Origin: Octopus vulgaris
Lineage: Eukaryota
Length of the DNA: 64,000 bases
Direction: 5' to 3'
NCBI GenBank assembly: GCA_951406725.2
Contig: OX597822.1
Location: 55,242,001 to 55,306,000, forward strand
Notes under the pieces: model-generated
Database searches by the model: none
What the model was told of the DNA's origin: nothing
Seen by the model: only the letters and a program-made list of their open reading frames with translations
In this document: positions 26,144 to 39,745 of the stretch, one piece after another
Numbering within the stretch: position 1 is the stretch's first letter
Layout: every line of letters starts with the position of its first letter
Position numbers and translations under genes: made by a program

Positions 26144-26820
26144 CGACGACGATGACGTGGATGAGGTCTACGACGTCGACAACGACAGCAACGACGACGA
26201 TGACAAAGACGACGATGAGGATGATGACGATTATGATAATTTCTAGTAGTTTCTAATTTAGTCACAAACCAACACTTTTGAGTAGAAGGGTAAATAAATA
26301 CCATCGACACCACTCCTAGTATGTAACTGTTACTTTATTTTATCGATCCCGAAAGGATGAAAGGCAAAGTTGACCTCGGCAGGACTTGAACTTGGAACGT
26401 AAACAGTTGGAAGACATACTGCAAGATATTTTCTCCGACTATCTAGCGATTCTACCAATCCACTAACTTGATGATGATGATGATGATGATGATGATAATG
26501 GTGATGATAAAGTTGATGGTGGTGGTGGTGGTAGAGGTGGTGGAGATGATGATGGTGTTGATGGTGGTGGTGGTGATTATTGGGAGTATTGGTAGTTGTG
26601 ATAATAAAAGCAATAATGGTTTCTGATTGATGCAGAAGGCCAACAGTTTTGCGGGTAAAGGGTTAGTCCATACCACCGACCCTAGAACTTGTCTGGTACA
26701 TTTTTTTTTATTGATCCTGAAAAGACAAAAGACAAAGCTGACGTCGGAGAAATTTCATCTCAGAAACTAGGGAGCCGGAACAAAGCATATTTTCCGAAGC
26801 TCTAGCAATATTGCCAATAT
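25490..26820 (-). mobile_element. Cluster of diverged SINE family B (Meta-domain-like) copies separated by (GAT)n/(GGT)n tracts
   Basis: Repeated tttatcga(c/t)cccgaaaggatgaaaggcaaagt, the reverse complement of gcctttcatcctttcggggtcgataaa. Confidence 0.75.
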
Positions 26821-26880
26821 TAATGATTTGTAATTTACGTACAAAACCAAAATTTTGTCGATACCATTGGTTCTAGTAGT

Positions 26881-27170
26881 GGAGGCGCAATGGCTCAGTG
26901 GTTAGGGCAGCGGACTCGCGGTCGGTTGTGTGTGTTTATTGAGCGAAAACACCTAAAGCTCCACGAGACTCCGACAGGGGGTGGTGACGACCCCTGTTGT
27001 ACTCTTTCGCCCCCACTTTCTCTCACTCTTTCTTCCTGTTTCTTGAGTAACGCTGCGATGGACTGGCGTCCCTTCCAGCTGGGGGGAACACATACACCAT
27101 AGAAACCGGGAAACCGGGCCCATGAGCCTGGCTAGGCTTGAAAGGGGCGCATAAATAAAAATAAATAAAA
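26881..27170 (+). mobile_element. tRNA-derived V-SINE-like element
   Basis: A-box tggctcagtgg, B-box apparently deleted, V-domain-like ctgcgatggactggcgtcccttccag, (taaaa)n tail. Confidence 0.7.
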
Positions 27171-27621
27171 TTGGCTTTAGTACTTGAGAGATACTTTATT
27201 TTATCGGCCACTGATTGAAGGAAAGGCAAAACTAGCCTTGGTGGGATTTGAACTCGGAAAGATTATTTTAGGTATATATAAGGTACCAGACTCTACGCAC
27301 ATATGTAAGACGTATTTCAAAAGAACAAAAACACTATACCAAGGCAAAGAACTGTGCATAAACAAGAGGCACAGAGATGTGCTTGGTTGTGTAAGGAAAA
27401 CCTGCAATGCAAATAGGACAGCTGAAAAATAATAAGCATTTTAGGTAATGAATCATTGACAAGAAAACTGGAATAATCACAAATTTATATACGATAAATT
27501 TAAGATTTATTTAAGATTTAAATAAATCTTACATCTATATCTATATTTACGATTTAACAAATTGGAAATAATACCACACACACATACACACACACATACA
27601 CGTACACGCATTGATACTTGA

Positions 27622-27835
27622 CCCTTTAGCATTTAAACCGGGTCGGAATATTCTACCAGTTTTTAAGTTCAAACCAGCCAGATCTAACCTCTCGCACATA
27701 CTCTACAATGTCATTCTAAAAGTAAACAATCATTTCATTTGAAATCATGAAGCTACAAAGTAATACATGATTAATTCAATAGTATGTGAATAAATAAGCA
27801 TAACATTTCATAAAAGTAATCTGAATGCTAAAGGG
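27622..27835. mobile_element. piggyBac-type MITE
   Basis: TIRs ccctttagcatt / aatgctaaaggg flanked by ttga and ttaa. Confidence 0.8.
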
Positions 27836-28038
27836 TTAAAGCAGCTAATTACAAACATTAAGATGTGAGTAATTGGTATCAATGTTCTACAATGAATTAG
27901 CAAAATTATGCAGAAAAAGAAGAAAACTTATGACTGCATTTAAAATGCTCCGTACAAACTCTAACAAAGAGAAATTATTTTTTATCTCAAAAACATGCAA
28001 ATATGCGACTTCGGTAACTAGAAAACAATTATTAAATA

Positions 28039-28592
28039 CGAGCAACCCCCCCACCCAGTTCAATAGACGGTGCTGAATCATATCTGCTGAATAAAAAGCA
28101 ATCAGTGTTTTCTTTTCATTAAAAAATAATTAAGCATGTCTTTATTTCAATAAAATTTTTGCTTTTGTTAAACGAAGTTTAGGCAAAGAAAAAAAAACTT
28201 CTTGAGAAACCAAATAGTCTTTCCTTCCTTCATGCCAAGTTTGAAGAAAATATCTCTTTTGCATTTTACTTTTTTGGTCTCTTAAATATACCGCATTTTG
28301 TGGCATTATTTCAAGCCAGCCGGCTTTTTTGCGCAAACTGCACGTGAATTTATCTCGCGTACGCGTAGTATCGATCGCGACAGCTGATGTACTTGCGCGT
28401 ACAAATGCACGTTCCCACGGCTTTATCGATCACATTCTCACCTGGAATCGATTTTTGTAATTTTTTCAAGACTTATACACGCCCTGATAACGTCGGTATC
28501 TACATATCAAATTTGAGCACAATCGGATGGAGGATGCCCGATCCTAGAAGACACAGACACACACAGAGACAGAACGGATTTTATATAATAGA
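28039..28592 (-). mobile_element. Non-autonomous Helitron-like element, same family as 8247-8602
   Basis: Shared gctgatgtacttgcg...caaatttgagc.caatcggatggaggatgcccga; 5' A|TC on minus strand; same acgagcaa terminus. Confidence 0.7.
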
Positions 28593-29073
28593 TTGTCTGT
28601 AATGCTATAATAATAAATATTAGATACAAAGAATAATGTAAAGTTATACAAATAAATACAAAGAAAAAGACTTTTTTTCTTCCTTTAAGATATTGAAATG
28701 AGACATTTCTTAGGGAAAAAGGGAAACAACAAGAGGTATAGTGTAAAAACTTAAAATTAGGCCGAAACTGTATCTATTAAATGATATGTTAAGATGATGA
28801 CATGTAAAAAAAACCTTACATGGTCAATATATGAAAAAACTTATTAAGTTTTTGTGTGGGGAAGAATGAATGAGAGTGAAAGTAAAATAAAATTAAAAAA
28901 TGAAAAATAAAGATAAAGATTGGATGCCAGTATTATTCCTCGTAAGAGTTGGTTCGGGATGAGAACTGAGGTATTAAGGTTTTGGTAAAGTGGAGGAAGA
29001 AGGTATTTATGTCTATCAATTAAATAGATGAATTCTAGATTCGGTGTGGTCAGAAAGAAAATCAATAGGGATA

Positions 29074-29876
29074 CGAGGGACGTTCAATAAGTAATTCCCC
29101 TTATCCACTTGCAGTTGTTTGATCTAGCTGAAATTTTGCATGTTCAATTATTTATATCTCTATCGATTAAGTGGCAAATTACAGCTCTGGACTAATTGTG
29201 GTTTCTGATTTACAGGTGTTTGAACTGAGTCAAGTATGAAATGGAGCCTGTTGAGTGTCGAGCAAAGCCCAGTCAATGCAGTGGAAGCACCGTGACTCAC
29301 CACCTCCAAAGAAGGTAAGGGTGCAGCCCTCCGCTGGCAAGGCCATGCTCACAGTCTTCTGGGACCAGGACGGAGTAGTGATGACAGATTTCCTGGCAAA
29401 GGGTACCACAATTACAGGAGCCTATTATGCTTTTGAGGAATTTAAAAGAAGCTATCAAAATCAAGAGGCGGGGCAAGATCAGCAAAGGCATCCTCCTCCT
29501 GTAGGACAACGCTCCGGTCCCCAACTCGCTTGTCGCCAGATCAGAAGCACAGGCGTGCGGCTATGATGTCCACCTCCATCCCCCTACTCTCTTGACCTTG
29601 CACCCTCTGATGTTCACCTCTTCCCAGCCATTAAGTTGTTTTTGAAAGGAAAGCGTTTCCCAGATGATGCAGCCTTGATTTCTGAAGTCAAGTCGTGGTT
29701 GGAGGACCAAGCTGAGGTCTTCTACAAAAACGGTCTCCAGAGCTGCATCAAAAGATGGGACAAATGCGTAACTCTGGATAGTTCCTATGTAGAAAAAGAC
29801 TAATAACTGTGCCAGGTTTCCTTGCTCTACTGCTATTGAAAGTGGGTCAGGGGCATTACTTATTGAACGCCCCTCG
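29074..29876 (+). mobile_element. Internally deleted mariner (irritans-like) with TIRs and TA TSD
   Basis: TIRs cgagggacgttcaataagtaat / attacttattgaacgcccctcg; MEPVEC joined to QSMQWKHRDSPPPKK..SAGKAMLTVFWD..DNAP..DLAPSD. Confidence 0.95.
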
Positions 29877-31174
29877 TAGCTATAAGTATTTGCCTAGCTT
29901 AAGGGAGGATAAAAATACAGTTAAATTGATAAAGGATAAAAATTAAAGGTTTAAAAATCAAAAATTAAAAATTAAAAAGGTTATAGATTAAAAATCAAAA
30001 TTAAAAATTAAAAAATTAAAAACAGATTATTGCAAATAGCTAGCTTCTACGATACTTATGTTAATAGAGAAGAAAAAAGCGTACGTATATTGTAACGGCC
30101 GTGGATGCATATAGGCAAGTATTATGTGTGTTGATTTTGCTTGCATTTGGACCTATGGAAGAATCTAAAGGTGCGATAGAATTCATGCTTGCATTTGGAC
30201 CTATGGAAGAATCTAAAAGTACGATAGAATTCCTGCTTACATGTAGAGAACGCTTCGTATTTTTTATTGAGTAATTGTAGTAAATTATGAAGTAATATTT
30301 GGAAGGCTTCCTTCAAACTGAGTCCACATGTGGAGCGTTGGCTTCATATGTGACTCTAGAATCTATTATAGCCCAGGATATCCTATATGGCATTTTCTTA
30401 TTTATCAGATGGCTTTATGTGGTTGGCTAGGGACGTGGATTTGCTATGCTTCTTATATTTAAATGAGTTTAGATGTGCAGAATACCTCGGTTTAAAATTA
30501 ATAGTAGACTCGATGTAATGGCTAATAGAATTGTGTGATATGCTGTGGACAGTACATTTATATATGACGATGACGGCGACGATGTTGATGATGATCACAG
30601 TGGTGGTGTTGGTAATGATGGTCGTGATGGTCGTCTTTGTCGTGGCGGTTGTGGTGATGATAATGTTTTCTATATTATTTGTCAACCACTTATGGTTGAC
30701 CAGAAACCTTGGGGGAACGATACAGGATGGTAAAGGACTATACAGAGTGGGATTACACAAAAGCATGTAATAAATAAAAAAACAAAAGCAAAGAAAACAA
30801 ATTCAAACAAGGAATAATTTCCCCAAAGATGAGGGGGGAATCAGAAGGCTACTCGTGAAAACCCCACAAAACCACAGTCACTCTGATCGCTAGAGCGAGC
30901 GCCCTCTTCCAGTTGGTCTCCACCAATCTGCAGGCTCCTTAATACAAGTTAAAAACATATATGGGGAGCGGGGAGGGAAAAAGAAAACAAATTTTTATAC
31001 AGAAGTTACAAAATGTTCTTCATCTGAAACCATGACGTGTGGTGCGGTCGAGCGCATCAATAAACTGGGCTCAATACGAATACCGTAAAACATAACAACA
31101 ACGGCAGCAACAACAACAACAGCAACACCAGCAGCAACAATAATAGCAACAACAATAACAGCAACAATAATAAT

Positions 31175-31390
31175 AATTCTTTCTACTAGAGGCAGAAGGT
31201 CTGAAATTTGGTAGGAGTAGACATAGTCGGTTACATCGGGCCTAGAACTTGACTGGTAATTATTTTATCGACACCGAAAGGATGAAAGGCTGAGTCAGCC
31301 AAATAGGAATTTGAACTCGCATCGTAAAGAGCCGGAAGAAATGTCACTAAGCATTTTATCCGATGCGGAAACAAATCTGCCAACTCACCC
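31175..31390 (-). mobile_element. SINE family B copy
   Basis: tttctactagaggcagaagg...tttatcgacaccgaaaggatgaaagg...ctgccaactcaccc, then (AAT)n. Confidence 0.8.
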
Positions 31391-31391
31391 C

Positions 31392-31506
<115 letters not shown>

Positions 31507-31542
31507 AAGAAGAAGAAGAAGAAGAAGAAGAAGAAGAAGAAG

Positions 31543-31800
31543 AATTTGGAGCATGCCTATAATAATTGGTGCGTTTGGAACAGTAAGCAAAGATATAGAA
31601 AAATGGCTGAATGTATTGAAATAGAATGCCCGGTAGAGCTCCTGCGGAAAGTTTGTCTCTTAGGGACAGCAAGGATCATCAGGAGGGTTCTAAGCACTAA
31701 GAAAGATTGCTGAAAATTTGTGGATACCTAAGGTTACATGTAGTAACCCGCTATCCACATGATTCCTATCAGGAACATGACCGAAACTGAGCCAAACTAA
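31543..31800 (+). mobile_element. R4/Dong 3' end fragment after (AAT)n(AAG)n
   Basis: MPIIIGAFGTVSK...LLRKVCLLGTARIIRRVL. Confidence 0.8.
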
Positions 31801-31828
31801 TATAATAGGCAATGAGGTTGGCAATTAT

Positions 31829-33908
31829 ATTGCCAACCTCATTGCTTGTCTTAACCTCCTATGAAAAGTATTAACAGGTACCCTCGCAGGGAAAATATAT
31901 ACGTTCCTTGCGGAAAACAATCTTCTGCCAGTAGAACAAAAAAGATGCCGAAAAGAATCTAAGGGCACCAAGGACCACCTTGTGATAGACAAGGTTATAA
32001 TTAACTATAAACGGTACAAAAAAAAAAACTTATGCATAGCTTGGATAGACTTCAAAAAGGCTCACGACGTGTTGCCGCATTCGTGGATTTTGGAAACACT
32101 CGACTTGTATGGAATAGCTGAGAACGTGTGTGCACTGATTAAGAGCAGCATGCCTAGTTGGAAAACGCGTCTTTCCTGTAACAACCAGCACTTAGCCGAA
32201 GTAACAATCAAAAGCGGTATCATCCAAGGAAACTCTTGTTCACCTCTGTTATTTGTTATAGCCTTGATCCCACTTTCTGTAGTCCTACGTAAAATCAGCG
32301 TGCACTATGAGCTGAGAAAGAACGGACCTCGTCTCAATCACCTTCTCTTCATGGATGATTTAAAACTGTTCGCAAATCAGAGCCTGAAATGGAGAGGCTG
32401 GTTGAGACTGTGCAAATATGTAGCAAGGATACAGGGATGGAATTCGGTATCTCGAAGTGTGCGGTGCTTACTTTGAAGCAGGTTAAAAGAGTAAATTGTA
32501 GGAGCATAGAATTATTACCAAACGGAGAGAGAATGGAAGGCCCGGATGATGATGGGTTCAACTATCTAGAAATCCTGGAGCTGGACCAATATCTTGCACA
32601 GAGAAATGAAAGACAAGGTCAACAATGCATATTTCAAGTGCTCCAAACTTCTCTTGAAATCAAAGCTCAACTCAAGAAACCTTGTGACTGCCATCAACAT
32701 ATGGGCTGTTGCTGTAGTCCGCTATTGTGCACCCATCCCAAAATGGGCACAAGCAGTGATTGGCCAACTCGATCACACCACTCGAAAGACAATGACAATG
32801 CATGGTGCCCTCCACCCTAAGGCAAATGTACACAGGCTGTACATGAAGAGAGGCAAGGGTAGGCGTGAACAGATTAGCGTACGGGAGTGCATCAACAGTG
32901 AAAGAAGATACATGGCAGAATATCTGACAAACAGCAAAGAAGACTTGCTACACTATGTTGCTTATGTAGAAGGATGTAATAAAAATGGAGTGCTCATGAA
33001 TTCAGAACAGGGACAGCTATTGAGAGAGTAGAAACCCTACTCCGTATGGAATCACATGGTCAGTTCCAGCGCGAAACCAACAAATTAAAATACCAGGGAA
33101 CATCATGGAGGGGATTCCAGACGGGTGACCTAATAGAATATTGAAAGCCTAATCATCTCGGCCTAGGACCAGGCATTGAATACCAACTCAGTGAAAAAGA
33201 ATATATACAAACAAGTGCATTGGACCTGTGCAGAAAGTGTGAGAAGAGGGTCGAAAGTATGACTCACATTGTTAGTGCTCGTGAAAGTCTTGCGCAGAAA
33301 GAGTACAAGCGTAAACACGACAAAGTAGCCCAAAACCTCCACTGGCTACTATGCCGTAAGTATGGATATAAGATTACGGGTGCTTGGGACCAACATACAC
33401 CGGAAAAGGTAATGGACGAAAAGGGGAAGGCAAAAATCCTCTGGGACTTCGATTTCCAGGCAGACAAAGTGTTAGAGCACCGAAGGCCAGATATAGTAAT
33501 CTTTAAGAGAGACAAACAAGAGCGCCTAATAATTGACGTGATAGTGCCAGGAGATCAACTCATCATCATAAAAGAAAGAGAAAAAGTTGATAAATATGGA
33601 GATCTGAGAATTGAGATTGCTAAGATGTGGCAGCTACGAGAGTCGAACATAAAGTTTATCCCTATTGTCATCGGAGCATTGGGTTCGATACCACCCAATC
33701 TGAAAAAGAAAACATCTGAAAACCTTAGAGATACCCTACAATTTAGATGTATTACAAAAGTTGGCATTACTTGGAACTGCACGCACATTGGGTAAAGAAC
33801 TGTCTGTCTGAGGTACTTATTGTGACTTGACAAACAGTACAAAGCTCGGTAGATACAATATCTTCAATCAACAACCTCACGATATTGTATACTGTGCGAC
33901 GTCTATGA
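31829..33908 (+). pseudogene. 5'-truncated R4/Dong LINE (RT, CCHC, RLE), frameshifted
   Basis: AWIDFKKAHD, GIIQGNSCSP, HLLFMDDLKLF, CRKCEKRVESMTHIVS, KHD, RPDIVI...IID, IPIVIGALG. Confidence 0.92.
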
Positions 33909-33950
33909 TAACAACATCAACAACAACAACAACAATAATGATAATAATTG

Positions 33951-34485
33951 CCCTGATGCAATACCAGGCAGTGGGTCTCGTGGCTTCTCATCTTAACTGA
34001 TTGGAAGTGTTATCATGTACATTGTTTTGTCTTGGTATAAAAGATGGGCTACAGCAAATATTCTGCTCAATACCACAGATTTGCTTAATCAGTTGAGCAT
34101 GTCCCTCAGTGGCTGACGATGTGTGCATCTCTGATCACGAGCAGAAGTAGTGGTGGAGCATCATAGCCATGTGTTGTGAGGGATTCTTTGGGGTTTGAAT
34201 AATTCAACTCTGGAAACATGGGTGTTTCGTTCAACATCCTTAAACGACCCTTATTCAGGGACCTTTTGAAGGGGATGGGTTACTCGACCAGAAGAAAATT
34301 CTAACTGGGCCCCCACCTGCAAGGTCATGCGCTGTTTATCTTGATGTGAGATCACCATGTCGCGCACATATGGTTGTGATGCATGTGCCTGGTGTACCCT
34401 TATCAGACGGGTAGTCATGATGGATATACTGGGGTTCGTATATTTTACCTGTGTCACTTTGATGGCATGCACTGCTCTCTCACTC
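33951..34485. mobile_element. ~550-bp (AAT)n-associated repeat, second full copy
   Basis: Co-linear with 17430-17977. Confidence 0.85.
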
Positions 34486-35205
<720 letters not shown>

Positions 35206-35744
35206 AAGAAGAAGAATTATAATGGTTTTTTGGTGTAGGCACAATGCCAAATTTCTAATTTAGGCAAAAAAGCAATAATTTTAAAGGTTGAGGGTTGAGA
35301 CTCCTATGTAATAATGAAGAAAGTTTATTAAAAGCTGCTAGAGTCACAGCAAAACATAGGGAAACCAAAACACCAAACTAACTTAAAAACCAGAAAAAGA
35401 ACAGAAATTATCTGATTGGCAGAAGAATGCCTTGCATGGTAGATTCCCAAAGATAGTTTCAGTAAACAATAGTAGTGAGATATGGCTATGGCTGCAGAAG
35501 GGAAAGCTGAAGAGGGAGACAGAAAGTTTGTTAAAAGCTGCACAAGATCAAGCATGAAGGAACAATTGGATACAGGCCAAAATAGACAAAAACCAAGTAG
35601 AATCCCAATGCAGATCATGCAAATCAAAAGAAGAAAGCGTACCCTTATCAGACGGGTAGTCATGATGGGTATACTGGGCTTCGTATATTTTACCCCAGTG
35701 TCACTTTAATGGCATGCACTGCTCTCTCACTCACTCACTCACTC

Positions 35745-35795
<51 letters not shown>

Positions 35796-37024
35796 TATGC
35801 CAGCTTTGACAAGAGCGCCAGCTTTGACAGCGGCTGGACGTATTCCTCACTGCTCTGACAATCCAGTAGCCGAAAGCCATAGAAACACTAATATGACCCA
35901 GTTTAGCAACGGGAAAAAATAACTCTCAAAGACTGGAACATCTACAATACCTCGTGAGTATTTAAAATTCTCTTCAAAATAAGTTGGGAAATTTAAAATT
36001 TACATATCTACAGCTTTCAAACATACATCCGATCAGCTTTAAAAACTTTAATACCCACAACTGCCTCTGTAAACACTCTTTTTTTTTTACTTCTCTCTAA
36101 AAACATCACGCTTTTCCTTTTTGTGGACTTACAAAACCCTAAAACTTTCTATGAAAATCTGACTTTTCTTTGCTTCCTCCCAGAATATTCAAATATAAAT
36201 GTAAACATATACTTTTTATTGCAAAAACACACCTGTTCTTCTAACTGGACATACAAACATCTCTAGAAAAGTCAACTTCAACCTCCACAATATTACCTTA
36301 CACGAAATATACAAACAGTTTTTTATTGCAATAACACAAACGCACATGGAAAAAAAAAATAATGATGCTAAGATTCTCTCTAGTCGAACACAACTTCTCT
36401 ATTCACAAACAATACAGAACAGCCCTTCCTTAATTTTTCTTAAGGCTAATAGTAGTAAACATTTGAACTTTTTTTTACCGATAGGACCCCACCTAAAAAA
36501 AAAAAATATCACTGATGGTGATGATGGTGATGATGATAATAATGATAGTAATAGTGCTGATAATCTATCTATCTATCTACACACACACACTCAAAGAGTT
36601 CAACCAACACAAACCTCACCTCGGCTCTATTGTTAACCAAATATGAAAGTATTATTTGACAGGCAAGAACTCTGGCATTGAAGACAGTCAGCCAGCCAAC
36701 CACCAAGCCAGCCAACGAGACAGACAGACACTACTGTGATGGTGATAATGATAAAAAACAAAAATAGCAATAATAAGATACTGCTGTGACTACACATAAA
36801 ACAATATCATTGATGATGATGGTGGTGATGGTGATGGTGATGATGATAATGATGATGGTAATGGTGATGATAATGATGATAGTGATAATAATGGTGATGA
36901 TAATAACAATAATAAGCCGACTACAGCTGCTATAATGGTACGATTATAATTGTAACGGCAATGATGGCCGTCTCCCCACGAGCCAATCAAAGCTCAAAAA
37001 TGATAACATTATCGTAGCACCAAA

Positions 37025-39745
37025 ATGTTTTTGGAAACTAAAAGGAAAACTAAATCAGTATACCAAATCGCTTGTCCTATGGTTAATCTGGAAGTGCGTC
37101 CCCCAGGGAGGAGCCAGCCTGGGATCGAAAAGTCATCAACTGGCACAAACTCTTCTCCGAATACGGACATGGATGGTCACTTGAACGGGAAATCCCCCAA
37201 CTCGAGCCCTCCAAGTTCACCACCACAACCACCACAGAAAGAAAAATGTAAGCGGAACAAATGGACCCGAGAAGAGTATAAAGAAGTAATATACGCTTAT
37301 TACTATGCATTAGGTAGGCCATCTCAAGAAAGACACACCGCAAACTCTTACAGTATATGGAGAACACGGAATCAAGACAGTAGGCCCTATTTGGACGAGA
37401 ACAAATTAGCAAATGTAAGGAGGGATATCCTTAGAAATAACAGACTCACAGACAGTGAAATAAGCGCGATCAAGCACGCAACGGAAAATGACATAAATAT
37501 AAGACACAAAGGAAATGAAGAATCAGATGAACAGTATAGCCCGCCACGAGGCTTAATTGAAAGACTGCCATCTGACCAAAGTACTCAAAGGCCTGAAGAT
37601 ACAAGAAATTCTATTGTACCTGTTAAAGATAGCCAGGAAAACGATAAAACAACAGTAACTGAAGATCCCGCATTTCCTGAAGAACACAGAGAGTCTATGG
37701 CAGAAATGAGGCAGAAAATCCTGAATACGCTTGAAGTTGTAAGACATACAAGTATGAATGATAGAGAACCACTTCATAAACTCTCAAATACAAACCAAAA
37801 TAAAAAACAAATCCAAATTGGCAACTATGTAACAAATGAAATAATAGGAGAATTAAAACCTGATTTTACTGAGTTAAGTGAAATTATTTACGCTTCTGCT
37901 AGGGCAATTGAAACCAGCTGTATGCCCCCGAAAAAACAAAGAAAACCAAACCTGGGAAGAAATCAAACCTGGAGAAGTAAAATTGAAAAAGAGATTGAAT
38001 TTATGAGAGGGGAAATATCAATATTAAATGAACTAATATGTGGAAATGATGTAAGATCCAGAACAGGAAGAAAGATGAAGAGAAAATGTGGATCCTCACC
38101 AAGAGAAGAACTGATATCAATAAAAGAAACGCTGAAACAAAAAGTCCAAGCAAAAGCCCAAAGAATACGAAGATTTGAGAAGAGAAACAAGTTTTACAAG
38201 CAAAATAAACTGTTCACATCCAATGCCAAAAAATTCTACAGAGAAATAGGGAAGGAGAAAGTAACCGTTAAAGACCCCCCTCTCATGGAAGAAGTTCAAA
38301 ACTTTTGGAAAAGGATTTGGAGTGACAAGAAGACGTACAACATAAATGCAGACTGGATTATACAAACTGAAGGATCCTACCAAAATTTACAACAACAAGC
38401 ATGGGAAGACATCACAATAGCAGACCTAAGAAAGGCACTCACGAAGGCCCATAACTGGAAATCCCCCGGTAAAGATTTCTGGCTCGCATCGCTCCCATGC
38501 GCACACGGTAAGCTAGTTCATCTGCTGAATGGAATTATGAGAGACCCAAAGAAAACACCTGAATGGTTAGCAAGTGGTATTACTTACCTACTCCCAAAGA
38601 ATAACGAAACCAATCTTCCAAAAAACTATCGGCCTATAACCTGTCTATCCACCACGTATAAAATCCTAACATCTATCCTGGCGGAGAAAACATATGCATT
38701 CATGGAGAAGAACGATATTTTCCCCATTGAACAAAAAGGGTGCCGCCGAGGCTCTTACGGATGCAAAGATCAACTGCTAATCAATCGTATGATCCTTGAG
38801 AACTGTCACAACAAGCGCAGAAATCTCAGCACCGCATGGATTGACTATAAAAAGGCCTTCGACAGTATACCGCATCCATGGATCTTGAGATCGCTGGACA
38901 TCTTCAAAATTTCCCCTGTGATTTCAAACTTCCTGAAGCACAATATGTCGTTGTGGAATACGAATCTCCAATTATACCACTCTAATGGAGTACTTGCCTC
39001 AGAAAATATAAACATCAACTGTGGAATTTTTCAAGGTGACTCACTTTCACCTTTAATATTCTGTATAGCCCTAATATCCCTTACAAGTGAATTAAACAGA
39101 ACATGGTATGGGTATAAAATTGCCAATAAAAAAATAAGCCATCTATTTTATATGGATGACTTAAAACTTTATGGTAAAGACAATAATGAACTTGAAGGCC
39201 TATTGCGCACTGTGAAAGCATTCAGCGATGACATCGGGATGGAGTTTGGACTTGAGAAGTGTGCCAAGGCCACTTTCCAGAAAGGGAAAGTGAAGACCAC
39301 AAATTCAGTCGTGTTAGATGTTGACACAGTCATAAGAGAGCTTGAGCAAGAACAAACATACAAATATTTAGGGATAAATGAAGGCTCTGGTATTCAGCAT
39401 GCAAGCATGAAAGAGAAGATCAGGAAGGAATGTTATAGGAGAGTTCGTGCAGTCTTGAAATCTGAACTAAATGCACATAACAAGGTGTTAGCTATAAATT
39501 CCTTAGCAGTTCCAGTTGTTACTTATAGCTACAATGTGTTGAACTGGAATATGAGTGAAGTAAAGAATATAGATAAGAAAATACGCAAGCTGCTGAGTTG
39601 TAATAGGATGCACCACCCAAAGGCAGGCGTAGATCGCCTTTACCTTCCCAGAGCCCAAGGAGGTCGAGGCCTGATCCAATTTGAACTAGCTTACAAAACA
39701 ACCACAATTGGACTGGCCAAATATCTCGAAATAACGAATGACTAG
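37025..39745 (+). CDS. R4/Dong ORF, N-terminal domain + reverse transcriptase; ends at an in-frame TAG
   Basis: RNKWTREE..YYY, NYRPITCL, EQKG, WIDYKKAFDS, GIFQGDSLSP, YMDDLKLY, YKYLG; has a 12-bp deletion (RVPN) relative to copy 2. Confidence 0.95.
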   Translation: MFLETKRKTKSVYQIACPMVNLEVRPPGRSQPGIEKSSTGTNSSPNTDMDGHLNGKSPNSSPPSSPPQPPQKEKCKRNKWTREEYKEVIYAYYYALGRPSQERHTANSYSIWRTRNQDSRPYLDENKLANVRRDILRNNRLTDSEISAIKHATENDINIRHKGNEESDEQYSPPRGLIERLPSDQSTQRPEDTRNSIVPVKDSQENDKTTVTEDPAFPEEHRESMAEMRQKILNTLEVVRHTSMNDREPLHKLSNTNQNKKQIQIGNYVTNEIIGELKPDFTELSEIIYASARAIETSCMPPKKQRKPNLGRNQTWRSKIEKEIEFMRGEISILNELICGNDVRSRTGRKMKRKCGSSPREELISIKETLKQKVQAKAQRIRRFEKRNKFYKQNKLFTSNAKKFYREIGKEKVTVKDPPLMEEVQNFWKRIWSDKKTYNINADWIIQTEGSYQNLQQQAWEDITIADLRKALTKAHNWKSPGKDFWLASLPCAHGKLVHLLNGIMRDPKKTPEWLASGITYLLPKNNETNLPKNYRPITCLSTTYKILTSILAEKTYAFMEKNDIFPIEQKGCRRGSYGCKDQLLINRMILENCHNKRRNLSTAWIDYKKAFDSIPHPWILRSLDIFKISPVISNFLKHNMSLWNTNLQLYHSNGVLASENININCGIFQGDSLSPLIFCIALISLTSELNRTWYGYKIANKKISHLFYMDDLKLYGKDNNELEGLLRTVKAFSDDIGMEFGLEKCAKATFQKGKVKTTNSVVLDVDTVIRELEQEQTYKYLGINEGSGIQHASMKEKIRKECYRRVRAVLKSELNAHNKVLAINSLAVPVVTYSYNVLNWNMSEVKNIDKKIRKLLSCNRMHHPKAGVDRLYLPRAQGGRGLIQFELAYKTTTIGLAKYLEITND

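Noticed and set aside
26881-26930. tRNA gene
   Set aside because: A-box only, no cloverleaf; it is a SINE head, as are the tRNA-like heads at 51320 and 61779
30138-30240. 48-bp tandem duplication
   Set aside because: Two copies only; an ordinary local duplication
35817-35910. HDV-like or hammerhead ribozyme at the putative R4 5' end (ttcctcac, ctaa, ctgacaa...gaaa)
   Set aside because: Could not build consistent P1/P1.1/P3 pairings or a hammerhead stem II by hand
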